A stretch of 64,000 nucleotides of DNA from an uncultured Acidobacteriota bacterium (GTDB lineage: Bacteria; Acidobacteriota; Thermoanaerobaculia; Multivoradales; SZUA-115): positions 480,001 to 544,000 of the forward strand of contig CAWDVR010000003.1 of NCBI GenBank assembly GCA_963805975.1, written 5' to 3'. Under the pieces are notes generated by a model. That model did no database searches and had not been told where the DNA came from. It saw only the letters and a program-made list of their open reading frames with translations. Below are positions 61,677 through 64,000 of the stretch, piece after piece (within the stretch, counting starts at the first letter, position 1; every line of letters starts with the position of its first letter). The position numbers were made by a program, and so were the translations under genes.

Positions 61677-63091
61677 GGCCGACCCAGGAAGGTCGAGCGC
61701 CAGAGATCGACCAGGAGCGCGAGGGCGGCGCTCGGCAGGAACACCTCGGCCGACATGCGGTAGCGGGCGAATGGGTCCTCGACCAGCACGATCAGAATCA
61801 TCGAGGTGACGGCGAAAGCCACCGCCAGCACCGCGAGGCCGACGCTGCCGGGGACGGCCGGTCGATCGCCCTCCGCCGCGGGCATCGGGGCCGCGCTCGC
61901 CGGGGCCCTGCCCCGCCGCCAGCGCCGGATTCCGAGGGCGAGCAGCCAGAGCGGCAGGCTGGCGAGCACGAAAGTCCAGGTCTGCCAGATGGAGGGCACC
62001 ACCCAGATGCCGCGCAGGGAGTAGACCATGCTGTCCCACACCCAGCGCCGGTAGAGCTCGGGCCGCAGGCGGATGAGCTGCCAGGAGAGCGCCGAGAAGC
62101 GCCGGTTGATCTCGACGTGGAAGGCCGGCGACTCGAGGTCGCGGTTGTACCTCTTGCGGGCCATCTTGAGGCCGGCCTTGAACACGTTGTCGTTGTAGTC
62201 CTTCCACCAGCGCTTCCAGCGGTACTCGCCGTCGCTCGGCAGGCGCAGCTCGCGGCGGCGCTCGAGCATGGCGCCGGCCAAGTCGCGGTGCTCCTCGGGC
62301 AGCTCGGCGACCACCTCGTCCGAGAGCATGGAGGCGGTGATGCCGATGGCGTTGGTGCCGCCGAAGGAGACCAGGCCGAAGTGCCCGGTCGCCACCCAGC
62401 GCAGGCTGCACCACAGGAGAAAGGGCAGGGCTGCCACCAGGCAGAGGCCGGCGAAGGGCGACACCAGCGCGCGCTTCCAGCTCCCGAGGCCCTGGCGCAG
62501 CACCGAGAGCAGCCAGCCGAGGAGCGGCACCAGCGCGAGCAGGAAGAGGTGCGCCGGCCGCACCATGTAGGTGGCGAAGAGCAGCACGCCGACCCCCGTC
62601 CACGTCCAGCGGCTGCGGGGCCGGGTCACCAGCACGAGGAGCGCCGCGAAGGTGCCGATGGCCAGCGCACCGGCCAGCACCTCGGTCAAGAGCGCGCTCG
62701 AGAACTCCGCCAGCAGGCGGGTGTAGAGGAGCGGCGTCGCCGCCACCACCGCCTTCCAGGCCGAGCCCAGGTAGCGCGTGGCGGCGAAGCCGAAGCCGAG
62801 CACCGCCAGGAGATAGACCAGCGTCTGCATCTCGGCGGCGCGGTGGAGCTCGCCGGCCACCGCCTGGACCGCGCCCAGGAAGAAGGGGTAGCCGGGGGTG
62901 CGGATGTGCGAGAGCTGATCCTCGAAGCTCGCCGCCTTGAGCAGGCTGACATAGGTGCGCGTGTCGACGTAGTTCCTCGCCTTGAAGGACGGCGACAGCG
63001 CCAGCCAGGTGAAGAGCACGGCGGCCTGAAGCACCAGCCAGAGCATGGGCCCGGTCAGGACGCGGACCACGGGGCGGGGCAGGCGGCTCAT
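61673..63091 (-). CDS. GT-C-like membrane protein, paralog 2
   Basis: DTRTY, RTPGYPFFL, YMVRPA, GHFGLVSFGGTNAIGITASM, VEDPFARY. Confidence 0.75.
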   Translation of the reverse strand: MSRLPRPVVRVLTGPMLWLVLQAAVLFTWLALSPSFKARNYVDTRTYVSLLKAASFEDQLSHIRTPGYPFFLGAVQAVAGELHRAAEMQTLVYLLAVLGFGFAATRYLGSAWKAVVAATPLLYTRLLAEFSSALLTEVLAGALAIGTFAALLVLVTRPRSRWTWTGVGVLLFATYMVRPAHLFLLALVPLLGWLLSVLRQGLGSWKRALVSPFAGLCLVAALPFLLWCSLRWVATGHFGLVSFGGTNAIGITASMLSDEVVAELPEEHRDLAGAMLERRRELRLPSDGEYRWKRWWKDYNDNVFKAGLKMARKRYNRDLESPAFHVEINRRFSALSWQLIRLRPELYRRWVWDSMVYSLRGIWVVPSIWQTWTFVLASLPLWLLALGIRRWRRGRAPASAAPMPAAEGDRPAVPGSVGLAVLAVAFAVTSMILIVLVEDPFARYRMSAEVFLPSAALALLVDLWRSTFLGRP

Positions 63092-64000
63092 GCCGGGGCC
63101 TCCGCCGGCCGCGGCCAGAGAGCCAACGCCAGCGCCAGGAAGCCGGAGGGCAGCAGCAGCTCGGCGGCAAACACGTAGCGGTCGATCGGCGGCTCGACCA
63201 GCACCACCAGGAAGATCGAGGCCGCCGCGTAGGCCACCGCCGCGAGGGCGAGCCCGAGGGCGACCCCCAGACCGACGTGGTGTCTGCCCGCGGAGGACAC
63301 AGGGGAGAGCGCGCGGTCTCGCCGCCGGGCGAGCGCGGCGAGGGCCCAGCTCCCGGCTGCGGCGAGCGCCGCCAGGCGAACCGCCGTGCCCTCGGCCATG
63401 CGGGCGAACGCGGAGACCAGCGCGTCCCGGAGCCAGCGGGCGTAGAGCGTCGGGTACTGCCGGATCAGGGCGAAGGCCAGCTCCGTCGAGCGGCGGTTGA
63501 TCTCCACCCAGAGCTGCCGGCGGTTGAGCTTGGAGAGGGCCGGCATGCGCGCGGCCGCCTTGATCGCCATGCCGGAGATGTTGCGATTGTAACGCTCCAC
63601 CCACTGCTCGTAGTCGTACACCAGCCGCACCTCCATCTCCTTGAGCAGCCGGCGCTGGAGGATGGCGCCGGCGAGAGGGCGGGTCGCCTCCGGGAGCTTC
63701 GGCACCACCTTGGGCGTCAGCATGGAGCTCGCGATGCCGATCAGGTTCATGCCCCCGAAGGACACCAGCCCGAAGTGGCCCGTCGCCGCCCAGCGGAGCG
63801 TCGAGAAGAGAAGGAAAGGTGCCAGGGTCAGCACGGCGAGCCCTGCCGCCGGACGGCGTAGCACGCTCCGCCAGCCCCGCCGTTGGTCGGCGAGCCAGGT
63901 GAGGAGGAAGCCCACGGCCGGCACCAGCGGCACCAGGAAGAGGTAGGCCGGCCGTACCTGATAGGTGAAGAAGGTGGCGAGGCCCACACCCAGCCAGAGC
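63088..64000 (-). CDS. GT-C-like membrane protein, paralog 3 (5' end outside the window)
   Basis: YQVRPA, GHFGLVSFGGMNLIGIASSM, VEPPIDRY. Confidence 0.75.
   Translation of the reverse strand, partial: LWLGVGLATFFTYQVRPAYLFLVPLVPAVGFLLTWLADQRRGWRSVLRRPAAGLAVLTLAPFLLFSTLRWAATGHFGLVSFGGMNLIGIASSMLTPKVVPKLPEATRPLAGAILQRRLLKEMEVRLVYDYEQWVERYNRNISGMAIKAAARMPALSKLNRRQLWVEINRRSTELAFALIRQYPTLYARWLRDALVSAFARMAEGTAVRLAALAAAGSWALAALARRRDRALSPVSSAGRHHVGLGVALGLALAAVAYAAASIFLVVLVEPPIDRYVFAAELLLPSGFLALALALWPRPAEAPA

Overview
GC-rich bacterial chromosomal window with about 58 genes. Gene content suggests Acidobacteriota, probably Thermoanaerobaculia-like (inference from PQQ-propeller, DUF5916, HEAT-repeat and FADGFE-tailed secreted proteins). 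Core genes include dnaK-hspR, carA, ppa, mazG, envC-S41-yibQ, ybbAP-tesA, acyl-CoA dehydrogenase-meaB-mce, lolC/E, an HU-like protein and a DnaC-like ATPase. Four PIN-family toxin-antitoxin cassettes and two families of REP-like palindromes lie between these genes. I found no rRNA, tRNA, CRISPR array, transposase or prophage. The best candidates for undescribed systems are: (1) a divergent locus of a DUF5916 outer-membrane protein and ECF sigma, anti-sigma and two exported HEAT proteins, with back-to-back ECF-type promoters; (2) a sigma54-promoter operon joining an Omp85-like barrel, a periplasmic protein, a histidine kinase and a sigma54 activator; (3) an S41 protease lacking both catalytic residues inside the envC operon; (4) REP units that supply divergent -10 promoter elements and in-frame protein sequence; (5) putative C-terminal sorting tails on secreted proteins; (6) a secreted dodecin-like protein; (7) a structured intergenic sRNA candidate. 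Two genes (spoIID-like and lolC/E) carry frameshifts that may be sequencing errors. All family assignments come from motif recognition, not database searches.
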